A stretch of DNA of 37,487 nucleotides from Bdellovibrionota bacterium (GCA_044356215.1 JBIKWQ010000031.1:1-37487), one strand, 5' to 3'; shown: positions 1 to 10,784, counted from the stretch's first letter. Made by a program: numbers and translations. Notes: generated by a model from the letters alone, not told the origin.

Positions 1-196
1 TGAGCCGTTGCTGCCACCACTGCCGTTTGAGCCGTTGCTGCCACCACTGCCGTTTGAGCCATCGCTGCCACCACTGCCGTTTGAGCCGTTGCTGCCACCA
101 CTGCCGTTTGAGCCGTTGCTGCCACCACTGCCGTTTGAGCCGTCGCTGCCACCACTGCCATCTGAGCCGTCGCTGCCATCACTGCCGTTTGAGCCG
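1..196. repeat. 27-bp tandem repeat, about 7 copies visible, coding GGS(N/D)GSNGS on minus strand
   Basis: Unit tgagccgttgctgccaccactgccgtt repeated head-to-tail with minor variants. Confidence 0.95.
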
Positions 197-495
197 GTCG
201 AGCTACTGCTGGTGGGGCAGACATATCCCCAATTCATCTGTAAAAACGGGCGCATCTGCTCACATTCAAAGCAACTACCGTAGTTGCCCTGAAGTTGGTC
301 GCAGGTGTAGCAGCTAGTAGACGCGTTGTGGCAAGGGGGGCACGGAAGGGGTCCTTTGATGCAGTTGGGGCACTCCCGAGGCGCGGCAGATGATGTGTTC
401 GGTAAAACCGCTAAAAAAAGGAGCCCGATAACCAAAAGCGCTCCACCTACAGTAAAGCGTCTGAAAACCTGTTTTAACCACCTAAAGTGAATCAT
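1..495 (-). CDS. Secreted Cys-rich protein with (X-G-S)n repeat; runs off window start; not in supplied ORF track
   Basis: Manual translation from ATG at 495: MIHFRWLKQVFRRFTVGGALLVIGLLFLAVLPNTSSA|APRECPNCIKGPLPCPPCHNASTSCYTCDQLQGNYGSCFECEQMRPFLQMNWGYVCPTSSSSTGSNGSDGSDGSDGSGGSDGSNGS... No stop to base 1; signal-peptide-like N-terminus. Confidence 0.85.
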   Translation of the reverse strand, partial: MIHFRWLKQVFRRFTVGGALLVIGLLFLAVLPNTSSAAPRECPNCIKGPLPCPPCHNASTSCYTCDQLQGNYGSCFECEQMRPFLQMNWGYVCPTSSSSTGSNGSDGSDGSDGSGGSDGSNGSGGSNGSNGSGGSNGSNGSGGSDGSNGSGGSNGSNGSGGSNGS

Positions 496-813
496 GCGGC
501 GGGGTTGCGTAGTTAAAAAGTTGTTGCATCAAAAAGTTGGGCAACTCGCTGGTGCTGATTAACAGAGGAGCTTCCAAAACTCCACGATTCTGCACTTTAA
601 ACAACAGTGTTTCAACCTCTAAAAGGCAAAATACGATAATCCCAAAAACGGCTTAAAGTGACTGCGACGACCCAAAAATCCGGTGAGTAGTTACATAGCA
701 CCTTTCTAGGTGGCTAAAGAGATTGCACAATATCGCCAGAGAGTGTTGAGACAAAGCCACTGGCCTGAGAGCCAAGACGCTAATAGGTTTAAGGTTATAA
801 GCGGAGAGTTAAG

Positions 814-3105
814 GTGAGTAATTACGGTTTGTTAGAGCTGATTTACTGGCTAATAGTCGTGCAGGCGCTCTCGTTTGCGGTGTTGCCTTATGTGGCTTGG
901 ATCTGTCCGACCGCTCCGGATCGTGGCTACGGACTCTCAAAGGTCTTGGGGGTCTTCTTCTTTGCAATCCTTACCTGGCTCTGCTCCCTGGCCGGCCTGG
1001 CTTCAGATAACAACCTCTTAGTCTACGCTACCTTCGCTACCTTCGTGTTGGTTGGTTTCCGCGGCTACTCTTCTGGCTGGCTCTCAATTAATCAAGCAAA
1101 ACAGCTCTTTAGCACTTATGGTAGAACCGTCGAAGGGATCTTTTTAGGGCTGACGCTCTTCTTCGGAATAATACGCTTCCTTAACCCAGAGATCTTCTGG
1201 GGCGAGAAACCGATGGACTCAACGTTCTTAAATTTCTTTACCCGCAATCAGACCCTTCCTCCACAGGACCCTTGGGCGGCCGGGAGCCCAATGAGCTACT
1301 ACTACCTTGGAGTCTATGTAGTAGCTGCGCTCTTAAAGTTAACCGGGATCTCCCCAGCTATCGGGTACAATTTAGCCATGGCCACCCTCGGCGGTTGGAT
1401 CGGCAGCGCGCTCTTTACGCTTTGCGTCACCCTTACAAAAAACCGCAAATTCTCACTCTGGGCGGTAGTAACACTTGTACTGGCGAGCAATCCGGAAGTT
1501 TTACGACTCTCGATCTTAAATCTCTTTACAGGAAAGGAGTTTAATTTCGATACAACTTTCTGGCCATCGACCCGTGTATTCACCTCGCCATCTTTCCTGG
1601 AGTACACATCGTGGTCACTTCTCTTCGCTGACTTGCACGCTCACGTGATAGCGATTCCGTTTACGGTAACGGCGCTCGCGTTGGCGACTATCTTATTTCT
1701 AGATGGAGCGTCGCGTTATACTGGGCACGGAATCGTTTTAAGGCTAACACTTGGCGCGGTTGTTGGCGCGCTCTTTGGTTTAAACACCTGGGACTTTATA
1801 TCGTTTGGTGGTGTGGTTGGTCTGTTGATAGTTTTGGCGCAGATTCCAAACTTTTGGAAACCGCCGACTAATCCAGATGGAACACCGGCGCTGGGCGAAG
1901 TTGTTTTAGTTACGGGTGTGTCGCGCGCATTCGCGCTGGTTTGGGATCTAGCTCTCTTTGGATCAAGCGCCGCTTTAGTTGTTTATCTCTACAGACTGGG
2001 TGTTAATTTTAGACCCGCTGGTGGTTGGGGTTGGGTTGCATCACCAGAGTTTAACTCAGCAGGAAAGCTCTTTAGAGTTTTAGGTTACTACTTAGTGGGC
2101 ATGCTTGTAACGGTCGTTGTAATCGCGTGGGCGCGAGCTAAGTCGGCAGTCGCAGTCTCAGTGCCTAGCACATTAATCGCCGCGGCTTTATTTGGATTAG
2201 CTTTAGTGCCTGGTGTGCTAAGTCGCGCGCGTGGTTTTGATCTGCATCCCTGGGGAACCTTTGTTTATTGCGGGCTTTTAGCGGCGTTAGTTTACATCTT
2301 TGTTTGGAGTCAACGTCAGAGCGCAGAGCTTAAGGCGCTCGCGGTGTTTATGATATCAGCAGCCTCGTTAATCGTTATATTAGAGATCTTCTTTCTTCTC
2401 GATCGCATGAACACCCTCTTTAAGGGTTACATGGCTGTCTGGATGCTTACTGGTGTATCGACGGTTGTAGCGGCGTTCTTTGCGTATCAGGCGCTCTCGC
2501 GTTTTGCTTCAACAAGAGTTAGGCGCGTCGCTAAATGGACAGGCTACACTTTTGTAGCGCTTCTTTTTCTCGGCACAGCGGTTAATGTCTACGCGGTTGT
2601 TAAGATGAAGCGAGTTCCAAAGCGCACATACACACTAGATGGAATAGCATATTTAAAAGATCTAAACCCAGACGATGGAGCCGCGGTTAAGTGGCTTAAT
2701 AGGAACGTGGTTGGCACGCCGGTACTTCTTGAGGCGCAAGGTGATGGATACAGAGAGTTCACCCGCATCTGCATGCACACAGGAATTCCTGTTGTGTTTG
2801 GATGGGAGCACCACGCTCGGCAGAGAGGGCTCTCTCACGAGTCAGCGTTAGATCGTCGTAAAGCGATTCAGACGATCTATACGCACGAGGATATCGAGCT
2901 AACTAAGCAGCTACTTCTAAACTATAACGTCGACTTTGTAGTTGTTGGCGCGGTGGAACGCAATACATATCGTCGACTTGATCAGTCTAAGTTTGATGAT
3001 CATCCGGAGCTTTTTACCAAGGTATTTGAGTCCGGCAAAACTAGTATCTATGTGACATATTTTTCGAAGTACAATCCGTTATATGGGGGTAAAGAGGGTC
3101 GATGA
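814..3105 (+). CDS. DUF2298 / Chlor_Arch_YYY (TIGR03662-like) polytopic membrane protein, probable GT-C fold
   Basis: [46 protein letters not shown] motifs; many TM helices. Confidence 0.85.
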   Translation: MSNYGLLELIYWLIVVQALSFAVLPYVAWICPTAPDRGYGLSKVLGVFFFAILTWLCSLAGLASDNNLLVYATFATFVLVGFRGYSSGWLSINQAKQLFSTYGRTVEGIFLGLTLFFGIIRFLNPEIFWGEKPMDSTFLNFFTRNQTLPPQDPWAAGSPMSYYYLGVYVVAALLKLTGISPAIGYNLAMATLGGWIGSALFTLCVTLTKNRKFSLWAVVTLVLASNPEVLRLSILNLFTGKEFNFDTTFWPSTRVFTSPSFLEYTSWSLLFADLHAHVIAIPFTVTALALATILFLDGASRYTGHGIVLRLTLGAVVGALFGLNTWDFISFGGVVGLLIVLAQIPNFWKPPTNPDGTPALGEVVLVTGVSRAFALVWDLALFGSSAALVVYLYRLGVNFRPAGGWGWVASPEFNSAGKLFRVLGYYLVGMLVTVVVIAWARAKSAVAVSVPSTLIAAALFGLALVPGVLSRARGFDLHPWGTFVYCGLLAALVYIFVWSQRQSAELKALAVFMISAASLIVILEIFFLLDRMNTLFKGYMAVWMLTGVSTVVAAFFAYQALSRFASTRVRRVAKWTGYTFVALLFLGTAVNVYAVVKMKRVPKRTYTLDGIAYLKDLNPDDGAAVKWLNRNVVGTPVLLEAQGDGYREFTRICMHTGIPVVFGWEHHARQRGLSHESALDRRKAIQTIYTHEDIELTKQLLLNYNVDFVVVGAVERNTYRRLDQSKFDDHPELFTKVFESGKTSIYVTYFSKYNPLYGGKEGR

Positions 3106-5441
3106 TCGTTCTTGTTTTAATCGCGGTAGTGGCGCTAGTTGGATCTTTTATCGCGCTGCCACTATTTGAATTCGTCGCGGCTAGTTTGTTGTTAACCCCG
3201 CTTTTAAAGTTTCTTATCGCCTCACTCCTTGGCGTTTTTGGCCGCGAGATAGTTGGAGGCGGAGTTGAGCAGCTCTTTTATCTCTTCTGCTTCGGGGTTG
3301 TTAGTAGTTCAGCTTATTATTTCTATGGCCCAAGAAAGGAGCGTTTAACGAGATCAGATCTCTATCCATTCATCGCTTTCACCACTGTTTATCTAATCGC
3401 TTACTTTCTCTGTTTGCAGTGGGTTGATTTTTACGACTTAGGTGAAAGGCTTCGTGATTACGCGCTACTAGCCTCGGCGATCGACTCTCCAGTAGTTCCA
3501 CGCGAGCCGTGGATGGAGGGTACTACTTTAAATTATTACGTCTTCTGGTACCGCTTCGGTGCGATGTTAAGCTCTGTCCTGGCGATGCCTGCTTGGGATA
3601 CGTATCATGCGATTATCTCGTTCTCGGCAGCTTTCTACGCGGCAGCTATATTTCAGATCGTTAGAGTTGTTTTAGGAGCGCGGCCGTGGCTCGCGACATT
3701 AGCGGCATTGCTCATCCCTTTCGGCCCCAATATCGCTGGTATGCTTACGTTAACACGCAGCAAAGATGGCGGTTTTGAGCACGATAACGGATGGTGGGGT
3801 CCATCGCGTGTAATCCAAGGAGCGATCGATGAGTTCCCAGCGTGGTCATTTGTTTTAGGTGATGCTCATCCGCACTATCTCAACCTAGCTACATTTCCGC
3901 TTCTAATACTTTTTCTTTACCGAATCGTTACCAGCGAAGCTAAGCCACTTAGGCGTTACATACAGGCGCTACTTTTGGTAATAGCGGGCGCGCTCTTTTT
4001 AATGGGCAGCAACGCTTGGGAGGTTCCGATGTGGGCCGGCATGGTTGGGATCGCCACGCTAACAGCGTTAATAGTCTTTCGGGCGCATCTATCCATTCCG
4101 GTTCTACGCAAGGCGATCTCAGGTAATAGCGCTGATAGTAAAAATCCTGCTAGCGGCGTTAGCTTCGATCTCTTTAAGCAGATATCCTCCGCGGCGGTTT
4201 TATTAGCCGCGGCGGTGATCGTCGTTTTAAAGCGCGAGTCGTTAACTATAGGCACCTCGATATCTGTATTGATCGCAGCAGCAGCATTCGCGGCGTTCTT
4301 TTTTCCGAAAAATAAAGCTTTTCAGAAAATTAGTTTTCCCAAGATAAATTTCGCCAGGCGTGATATCGCTTGGGGAGTTTTCTGGGCGCTGTTATTTGTA
4401 GTTCTTAAATTATCAAGCGGGCACATAAAACCAGAGGGCGGAAAGCTTGAGTTTGTACGCAGTCCGATTCCAGTTACAACAACAGCAGAGCTCTTTGCTC
4501 ACTGGGGGTGGCAGCTCGCACTCGTGGCATTAGGTTCACTCTTTCTTAATCGCTTCAGTTTAAAAACAGCGATCATGTGGGCGTTTCTAGCGTGCACTTT
4601 ATTCTTTGATAAAGGCGCTCTGTTTATCTACGCGTTAATCGGCATCCAGCTAGTCAGGATAGTGCGTGATCGCGAAGAGGGCGGCGATTGGCGCGAGGTT
4701 TTCTCTGAGGCTTTAATTATCGCCAGCTTAGGATTAATCCTTCTTCCAGAGGTCGTGTTTCTAAACGACGCGTACGGCCCAGAGATCGAGCGAATGAACA
4801 CGATATTTAAGGTCTACACGACTGCGTGGGCTTTAATTGGACTAGCGGCCGTGGCGATTATTGGGCGATTAGCCGCTAATCGAGGCAAGGAGCTTGATTC
4901 GGTTGTCCCTGGCTTGTCGACGATGGTTGTAGTTTTAGTGACACTAATTTTAGGAGTTGGCACTTGGCGCTTCTATCACCACGTGCTGCCGATGCGGGTC
5001 ATGCAGAGCGCGCCTGAGTGGGGGCGTGAAGGACTTGGTCTAGCGGATCGAAAATATCCGGGAGCAGGTGCGATCATTAGAGCTTTAAGAGTACAACCAA
5101 AGGGGAGGGTGTTAGAGGCGCAGGGTCGGCCGTACAGCTTTACCTGTTTTGTATCTACACTCTCTGGTCATCCCGCTTATTTAGGTTGGGCCAACCACGT
5201 AAATCTCTTGACCCGTTTAGGTGGAGAGATCGGAAGACGTGAGGGGCTCACAAAGCAGATCTACACCAGCACAGATTGCGCAGAGCGCAAGCGCTTAGCG
5301 CAACAGGAGAGGATTAAGTACATCGTAGTTGGAAGTCTAGAGCGCGAGAAGCATCCCGAGGTAGCCAATCTAGACTTCTCGTGTCTAAGACCGATAGCGC
5401 AGCGTGGTGGGTATTCGTTGTATGGGGTTGATGGGAATTAG
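3102..5441 (+). CDS. Second, divergent DUF2298/YYY membrane protein
   Basis: [52 protein letters not shown] overlap with upstream paralog. Confidence 0.85.
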   Translation: MIVLVLIAVVALVGSFIALPLFEFVAASLLLTPLLKFLIASLLGVFGREIVGGGVEQLFYLFCFGVVSSSAYYFYGPRKERLTRSDLYPFIAFTTVYLIAYFLCLQWVDFYDLGERLRDYALLASAIDSPVVPREPWMEGTTLNYYVFWYRFGAMLSSVLAMPAWDTYHAIISFSAAFYAAAIFQIVRVVLGARPWLATLAALLIPFGPNIAGMLTLTRSKDGGFEHDNGWWGPSRVIQGAIDEFPAWSFVLGDAHPHYLNLATFPLLILFLYRIVTSEAKPLRRYIQALLLVIAGALFLMGSNAWEVPMWAGMVGIATLTALIVFRAHLSIPVLRKAISGNSADSKNPASGVSFDLFKQISSAAVLLAAAVIVVLKRESLTIGTSISVLIAAAAFAAFFFPKNKAFQKISFPKINFARRDIAWGVFWALLFVVLKLSSGHIKPEGGKLEFVRSPIPVTTTAELFAHWGWQLALVALGSLFLNRFSLKTAIMWAFLACTLFFDKGALFIYALIGIQLVRIVRDREEGGDWREVFSEALIIASLGLILLPEVVFLNDAYGPEIERMNTIFKVYTTAWALIGLAAVAIIGRLAANRGKELDSVVPGLSTMVVVLVTLILGVGTWRFYHHVLPMRVMQSAPEWGREGLGLADRKYPGAGAIIRALRVQPKGRVLEAQGRPYSFTCFVSTLSGHPAYLGWANHVNLLTRLGGEIGRREGLTKQIYTSTDCAERKRLAQQERIKYIVVGSLEREKHPEVANLDFSCLRPIAQRGGYSLYGVDGN

Positions 5442-5505
5442 GTAAAAACAGCGAAACCGTGCTTACGCGAGCTTTCGCCTGCCAGACTTAGCACCCGCGA
5501 GATTT

Positions 5506-6726
5506 TTATTCTCTGCTCTTTTTTGGTTCAATCGCCGCGTTAACTTCCTTAACAAGTGCTTTTGGAAGATCGAATTTAGAAGCGAGCTCTTTGAAGGTAG
5601 AAACCCCTTCTTTTACCTGATCGATCAGGATCTTAGACTTTCGCGCTGATATTCCGAATGATTGAGAGAATGCAAGTAAGTTTTTTTCAGTAGGACGCCC
5701 TTCGCCATTTAAGAGCATTTTATGCTCCTTAAAGGGATTCACATGGTAGGTAAGATCATAGGCAGGCGCGACTTGCCACTCGCCTCCTTGGGACATCGTG
5801 AAGGCGACATTCTTAGCGTGATCGTCTTGGTTGCAGGCTAAAATATTAAAAGCCGCCAGTCTTATGACCTTTTCAACTTCCCGAACATCATTAGTAAGCA
5901 TTTGCGCGACTTTGGCGTAGTGATTGTAGTCGATGCTAAAATTCCCAGGGTTCACATGTAGCAGCCCACTTAAGGTGTGAACATGAATGCGTCCTTCCGG
6001 AACTCGATCAAAACGTTTCACTCCGAAGTAAAACTTCCCTTCACTCTTAAAAAGGCGTGTTTCAGGGATGTTTAGCCCCGATCTCCTCGCCATCTCAGAA
6101 TAAACGTATTCGAGCCGTCCAATTCCTTGAGGATCTGATGTGGCTTTGAACTTAATCAGCCACTCATCACCTTTGACCGAGCTGTTGGCGGAATAAAACT
6201 TACCGTTAGACTCTTTTAGAATAATTTTAGGTCTCGCTCCATTTGGTGACGCGCCGTTCGCGATAAATGTCTCCAATACCTTGCTTGCTGTACCCTCTAG
6301 GATTGGCTTAATTCCTTTTTCCAGTTCAGATAGAGAGACTTTCCCATCTGCCCATTCATTTGGTTCGCGCATCTCCGGCGCGAACGATAGAGCTCCCATT
6401 CCGCTGTCACCGATATAGGCGAGAGCATCAAGGGGAGAAAGCGCGCTAGTTGTAACCCCGCTCTTATCTAGTCCCCTCTTGAGAAGAATCTTGCCCCAGC
6501 CGTCAGGCACCGAATCAGCGAAGAGCCCAGGAAGCCCTTCAAATAAATCACGTTTAAACTCGACCACCTCGGGAGACTTAGCGAAGTTTAGCGGCGATAA
6601 TTCAATAGGAGTCAGAAGAAAATCTCGATCCCATTCAAACACTACTAGGCCTCGTGGAGCTTCAAGTAGAGTGCCAATACGTTTCTTGGTTTTGCCTTGA
6701 TACCAATACGCCGCTAGTCTTCTCAC
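5506..6726 (-). CDS. hipA: HipA-family kinase toxin with N-terminal couple domain
   Basis: DSVPDGWG, SPNGARPK, VKRFDR, NQDDHAKN, APAYDL motifs. Confidence 0.92.
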   Translation of the reverse strand: MRRLAAYWYQGKTKKRIGTLLEAPRGLVVFEWDRDFLLTPIELSPLNFAKSPEVVEFKRDLFEGLPGLFADSVPDGWGKILLKRGLDKSGVTTSALSPLDALAYIGDSGMGALSFAPEMREPNEWADGKVSLSELEKGIKPILEGTASKVLETFIANGASPNGARPKIILKESNGKFYSANSSVKGDEWLIKFKATSDPQGIGRLEYVYSEMARRSGLNIPETRLFKSEGKFYFGVKRFDRVPEGRIHVHTLSGLLHVNPGNFSIDYNHYAKVAQMLTNDVREVEKVIRLAAFNILACNQDDHAKNVAFTMSQGGEWQVAPAYDLTYHVNPFKEHKMLLNGEGRPTEKNLLAFSQSFGISARKSKILIDQVKEGVSTFKELASKFDLPKALVKEVNAAIEPKKSRE

Positions 6727-7016
6727 CGAGAGGTCTCCACTTGTCTAACGTATTCGTCTAGTGATTTAGCTGTTGGGTTCTTGAATAAATCTTCGAATGT
6801 GTCGATCGACTTTAAGGCAAGCGCTACTTTTACTAGCACGTGCAAAGTGGCGATTCCTCGGTGTTCAAGTCGATTAATTGTTGATGTTGAGACGCCACAT
6901 CGTTCAGACAGCTCCTTTCTGCTCAGCTTTAGGAACTTTCGCCGCGCCTCTACGCGGTGTCCCACATTTGCAATGAGTTCGGTCGATGTCATGAGAGAGA
7001 ACAGTTCGGCTTTCAT
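6723..7016 (-). CDS. XRE-family HTH antitoxin (HipB-like)
   Basis: LSRKELSERCGVSTSTINRLE HTH; 4-nt overlap with hipA. Confidence 0.88.
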   Translation of the reverse strand: MKAELFSLMTSTELIANVGHRVEARRKFLKLSRKELSERCGVSTSTINRLEHRGIATLHVLVKVALALKSIDTFEDLFKNPTAKSLDEYVRQVETSR

Positions 7017-7026
7017 GGAGTAATTG

Positions 7027-7088
7027 TATCATATATGATAATTTAAAGCACTTAATACATATTATTTTATCAGATATGATGAAATAAT
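7027..7088. promoter_or_regulatory. Two palindromic operator-like sites upstream of hipBA
   Basis: Perfect palindrome TATCATATATGATA (7027-7040) and related attattt-TATCAGATATGATG-aaataat (7061-7088). Confidence 0.6.
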
Positions 7089-7166
7089 AATCGGCTAGAT
7101 TTCCAAAACGGCTTAGTCGCGCAGTTTTACCCGCTACAACAGCGTAAATAGCTTGCACATTACCTA

Positions 7167-7218
7167 TAAATGGATATAAATGGATATTTATGGACCTAAA
7201 TAGATAGGCAAATGGATA
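7167..7218 (+). repeat. 10-bp direct repeats (TAAATGGATA-like, 5 copies) just upstream of Fic gene
   Basis: taaatggata taaatggata tttatggacc taaatagata gg caaatggata. Confidence 0.7.
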
Positions 7219-7222
7219 TTCA

Positions 7223-8266
7223 ATGAAGATAGGTAGATTAAAGATCTCTCCAGAGATGCTCCGGCTCATCGGAGAGATCGACGAGTTTAAAGGGAGCTGG
7301 CGGACTCTAACGACCCTGGCCCCCGAGCGATTAGCGGTCTTAAAGCGTGTCGCTACTATAGAGAGTATCGGATCCTCAACACGGATTGAAGGTTCCAAGC
7401 TTAGCGACGCCCAGGTGGAGGAGCTTCTTGGCCGCTTACAGCAGGAATCATTTGAGAATCGCGATGAGCAAGAGGTGGCTGGTTATGCCGAAGTCATGGA
7501 TGTCGTCTTTGATTCTCACGAATCGATTACACTCAGCGAAAACTACATCAAACAACTTCATGCGATGCTGTTGCGTCATTCAAGTAAGGATGAAAGGCAT
7601 AGGGGTGAGTATAAAAAACTTCCAAATAATGTTGAAGCCTTCGACGCTAATGGCAGAAGTGTTGGAGTTGTTTTCGAGACGGTAACGCCTTTCGACACGC
7701 CTTTCCGTATGCAAGAGCTGGTAGTTTGGACGCGTGAGTCGTTGACTGATCGTGCGTGGCACCCGCTCCTCGTTATTGGATTATTCATCGTCGTATTTCT
7801 AGAGATACATCCGTTTCAAGATGGCAACGGTCGCCTCTCGCGAGTGCTGACTACTCTTCTTCTCTTGCAGGCAGGTTATGGCTACGCACCGTATAGCTCT
7901 CTTGAGAGCGTGATTGAGGCGAATAAAGAAGGCTACTACCTTGCCTTAAGACGGACACAGGCGACATTCAAACAGAAGGAACCAGATTTTGAGCCGTGGA
8001 TTATCTTCTTTCTGCGATCATTAAAGAAGCAGACCGCAAAGTTAGCTGAGAAGATCGCGCGAGAGCCTCAAATAGAAGGCTTGCATCCGGATGCTCTGAC
8101 GATCCTTGAGGCAGCCAGGCTGCGTGGCCGAATTACAACCGGCGAAGCTGGAGACCTCACAGGCGCGCCGCGACCCACCGTGAAAACTAGGCTATCAGAG
8201 CTAGTAAAGAGAGGGCTGCTAAAGCGCCAAGGACAAGGGCGAGGGGCCTGGTATGGGTTCCCCTAA
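7223..8266 (+). CDS. Fic-family protein with N-terminal inhibitory motif and C-terminal winged HTH
   Basis: SSTRIEG inhibitory motif, HPFQDGNGRLSR Fic motif, C-terminal ...GQGRGAWY wing. Confidence 0.93.
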   Translation: MKIGRLKISPEMLRLIGEIDEFKGSWRTLTTLAPERLAVLKRVATIESIGSSTRIEGSKLSDAQVEELLGRLQQESFENRDEQEVAGYAEVMDVVFDSHESITLSENYIKQLHAMLLRHSSKDERHRGEYKKLPNNVEAFDANGRSVGVVFETVTPFDTPFRMQELVVWTRESLTDRAWHPLLVIGLFIVVFLEIHPFQDGNGRLSRVLTTLLLLQAGYGYAPYSSLESVIEANKEGYYLALRRTQATFKQKEPDFEPWIIFFLRSLKKQTAKLAEKIAREPQIEGLHPDALTILEAARLRGRITTGEAGDLTGAPRPTVKTRLSELVKRGLLKRQGQGRGAWYGFP

Positions 8267-8956
8267 CTCAAACACCATAATCTCCCCAGCGTCATTCGCT
8301 GAGATCTTTATAGTATCTTCGTTAGTTATCGCCGCCCCGTCAGATCTATTTAGCTGGGTTCCATTTACGGTAACAGCTCCTCGAAGAACCTGAATCCACA
8401 TGTGGCTATTTTTAAGAAGCGAATGGGTTATTGAGCCCTCGCTAGTTAGATCGGCTAAATATATGCGCGCGTCTTGATTGATAGCTAAAGATCCAGAAGC
8501 TCCATCTGGTGAGGCTACAAGTTGAAGTTCGTTCGCCCGCTCACTAGGGTCGAAATGCTTCTGATCGTAGCGCGGTTTGATGTTCTTTATCTTCGGAAAG
8601 AGCCAGATCTGGTAAAGATGCACCGGCTCAGTAGACGAAGGATTAAACTCGCTGTGAGTTATGCCGCTACCCGCCGACATGTGCTGAAATTCGCCGGCTT
8701 TAAGAACCGCTCCGTTTCCCATCGAGTCTCGGTGCTCAAGCGCGCCTTCAAGCACGTAGGTCACTATTTCCATGTTGTCGTGCGGATGAGTTCCAAAGCC
8801 TCTTCCTGGGGCGATAATATCCTCGTTCATTACTCTAAGGGTGTGAAAGTGAACGTGCCGGGGATCTTGATAGTCGGCGAAAGAGAATGTGTAGTGTGTG
8901 TTTAGCCAGCCGTAGTTAGCGTGACCGCGATCGCCTGATTTCCTAATCTTAATCAC
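8219..8956 (-). CDS. Pirin family protein (YhhW-like, quercetin 2,3-dioxygenase-like)
   Basis: RGHANYGWL..HYTFSFADY, GFGTHPHDNMEIVTYV, GITHSEFN, LYQIW. Confidence 0.93.
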   Translation of the reverse strand: MIKIRKSGDRGHANYGWLNTHYTFSFADYQDPRHVHFHTLRVMNEDIIAPGRGFGTHPHDNMEIVTYVLEGALEHRDSMGNGAVLKAGEFQHMSAGSGITHSEFNPSSTEPVHLYQIWLFPKIKNIKPRYDQKHFDPSERANELQLVASPDGASGSLAINQDARIYLADLTSEGSITHSLLKNSHMWIQVLRGAVTVNGTQLNRSDGAAITNEDTIKISANDAGEIMVFELGEPIPGPSPLSLAL

Positions 8957-8973
8957 TGTGGGATCCTTGATGT

Positions 8974-10089
8974 ATGAATGCTAAAACAATGTCCACCTAC
9001 TTATTGCGCACTAGAGCTCTAATTTTCAATATAGCTGTTGTCGCTTCCTTCGGTTTCTTTGGTCACGGAAGTTTTAAAGCGCAAGCTGATGAGATTAAGC
9101 TAAAAGTTGGAGTTATCAGCGGTCTAACGGGAGCTGCTGCCAAATGGAGCGCTTTCCAGAACAAAGGAATGGAGCTGGCCGTTGAGGATCTTAAGCGAGA
9201 AGGGGTTGATATCGATCTAGTCTTTGAGGACTCGCAGACTCAAGCAACAAAGGTTATCAGCGCATACAATAAGCTAAGGCAGTTAGATCGGGTCGACGTG
9301 TTAATCGCCAATGATTTTGGCCTCGTTATAGCTCCACTACTTCCCCATGTAGAGAGGTATGACACTCCCTTGCTAGCGCTCTGGTTGCCACAGGAGATGT
9401 ATTGCAAGAGCGCTCCGCGTAATTTCGTATCGATGTCCTCTCAGGTAAAGGAAAGCGCCCCGGCGTACGATCGATTCTTTGAGCTCCATCCAGAGGTCAA
9501 GAGGGTTGGATTAGTCGCTTTTGATGAGCCCGGTTGGGGGCAGGCATACTTACAGATATGGAGAGAGCTGGCGGCGAAGCGGGGAGTTCAGGTGGTTGAT
9601 ACGTTTGTAAACAATGAGTGGCAGCCAGATTTTAAAACCGCTTTAACCAAGATGATCTCCAAGACTCCTGACGCGATCTTCTTCGCGCATGAGCCAGAAG
9701 GATTAGTTAAAGCAGCGAGGCAGTTGGGTTTCAGTAAGCCATTAGTAGCCGCCAATAACCTACTAGAGATGCTAGCTGGCAGTAAGCGCGAGCGTGCCGA
9801 GCTTGAGGGGGTCTATGTCGTTGATCCAGAGGTCTCTTTAGAGTTTCGCGATAAATTTATCGCTAGATTTAATCTAGAGCCGATCTTAGAGGCGTATGCT
9901 GGGTATGAGGCGGTGCGGACAATCGCGCAGGCCGCCAAGATAGACCGCACTGCGTTAAGTTTAAGTATGCGGCGCGTTAAGTATAGGGGAATCGCTGGAG
10001 AGATCGATTTTACAAAAGCGAGCTGCGCGGGTAACCAAGCCCGCTGGGCGTTATTTAAATTCGATAGGGGTAGGCGTGTAAGGCAGTAG
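8974..10089 (+). CDS. Stand-alone type I periplasmic binding protein (LivK/LivJ-like)
   Basis: Signal peptide, KVGVISGLTG, FEDSQ, DFKTALTK, YAGYEAV, YRGIAGEIDF; exact start uncertain. Confidence 0.85.
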   Translation: MNAKTMSTYLLRTRALIFNIAVVASFGFFGHGSFKAQADEIKLKVGVISGLTGAAAKWSAFQNKGMELAVEDLKREGVDIDLVFEDSQTQATKVISAYNKLRQLDRVDVLIANDFGLVIAPLLPHVERYDTPLLALWLPQEMYCKSAPRNFVSMSSQVKESAPAYDRFFELHPEVKRVGLVAFDEPGWGQAYLQIWRELAAKRGVQVVDTFVNNEWQPDFKTALTKMISKTPDAIFFAHEPEGLVKAARQLGFSKPLVAANNLLEMLAGSKRERAELEGVYVVDPEVSLEFRDKFIARFNLEPILEAYAGYEAVRTIAQAAKIDRTALSLSMRRVKYRGIAGEIDFTKASCAGNQARWALFKFDRGRRVRQ

Positions 10090-10215
10090 AAAAAGCAGTG
10101 CTGCCGACTTTGATGGCTTTCATGGCTCGCGACTCATTTTCGGCTTTTGCAGCCTCACGGAGCGTAGCGAAGGTTAAGGGTAGCGAATTTGTTCCGGCTT
10201 TTCGCCCTGTTAAAT
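10018..10215 (+). repeat. 198-bp direct repeat copy 1 (binding-protein 3' end plus downstream spacer)
   Basis: Aligns ungapped to 10785-10982 with 9 mismatches by manual count. Confidence 0.95.
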
Positions 10216-10258
10216 CTAATTCCTGGTATAATCAAATTCGAGATGGTAACATAGGGGT

Positions 10259-10474
10259 ATGCCTAGACCAAAACTCTCCGATATTCTCGACCTTTCTGTA
10301 GCAGAGCGAATTGAGCTTGTCCAAGATATTTGGGACAGCATTGCGGAGATACCGAATGATCTTATTCTTAGTGAAAAACAAAAAGCTGAACTTGACGCAC
10401 GCTCAACAAAACTAAAAAAGGATCCAGATTCAGGGATTCTGTGGGAAGATGTTAAGGCAAGTTTAGCATTTTAA
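10259..10474 (+). CDS. Putative addiction module antitoxin (TIGR02574-like)
   Basis: LSVAERIELVQDIWDSI...QKAELDAR...WEDVK. Confidence 0.88.
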   Translation: MPRPKLSDILDLSVAERIELVQDIWDSIAEIPNDLILSEKQKAELDARSTKLKKDPDSGILWEDVKASLAF

Positions 10475-10482
10475 ATCCAGCA

Positions 10483-10773
10483 ATGAGAAAGATACGATTT
10501 GCTGAGCAAGCGCGCGCTGAGTTTGTTGATGCTGCGGCATGGTACGAAGAGCAACGGAAGGGTCTTGGTGCTCAATTTGTCTTAATGGTTGAGGCTAAAC
10601 TCAGTTACATCAGAAAATCACCTGAAATTTTTCCCATTGCTTATGAGCAATATCGCCGTGCGTTGGTTAAACGATTTCCATTCGCGATTTTTTTCGAAAT
10701 AGTTGGAGAATCAATCAATATTCTTGCTGTTTACCACACAAGTCGCGAGTCAAAAGAGTTTGTAGATCACTAG
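10483..10773 (+). CDS. ParE/RelE-family toxin
   Basis: A..EF.DA..WYEEQR.GLG.QF, RRALVKRFPFAIFF, ILAVYHTSR. Confidence 0.9.
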   Translation: MRKIRFAEQARAEFVDAAAWYEEQRKGLGAQFVLMVEAKLSYIRKSPEIFPIAYEQYRRALVKRFPFAIFFEIVGESINILAVYHTSRESKEFVDH

Positions 10774-10784
10774 GGCAGAGAGAG

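Noticed and set aside
1..196. CRISPR array
   Set aside because: Units are contiguous with no spacers and lie in a coding frame
8..317. Plus-strand ORFs (LPPLPFEP)n and (CCHHCRLSR)n
   Set aside because: Shadows of the 27-bp repeat; the minus frame has a start, signal peptide and coherent domain
6904..7398. 164-aa minus-strand ORF
   Set aside because: Antisense to Fic and crosses the operator region; no protein signal
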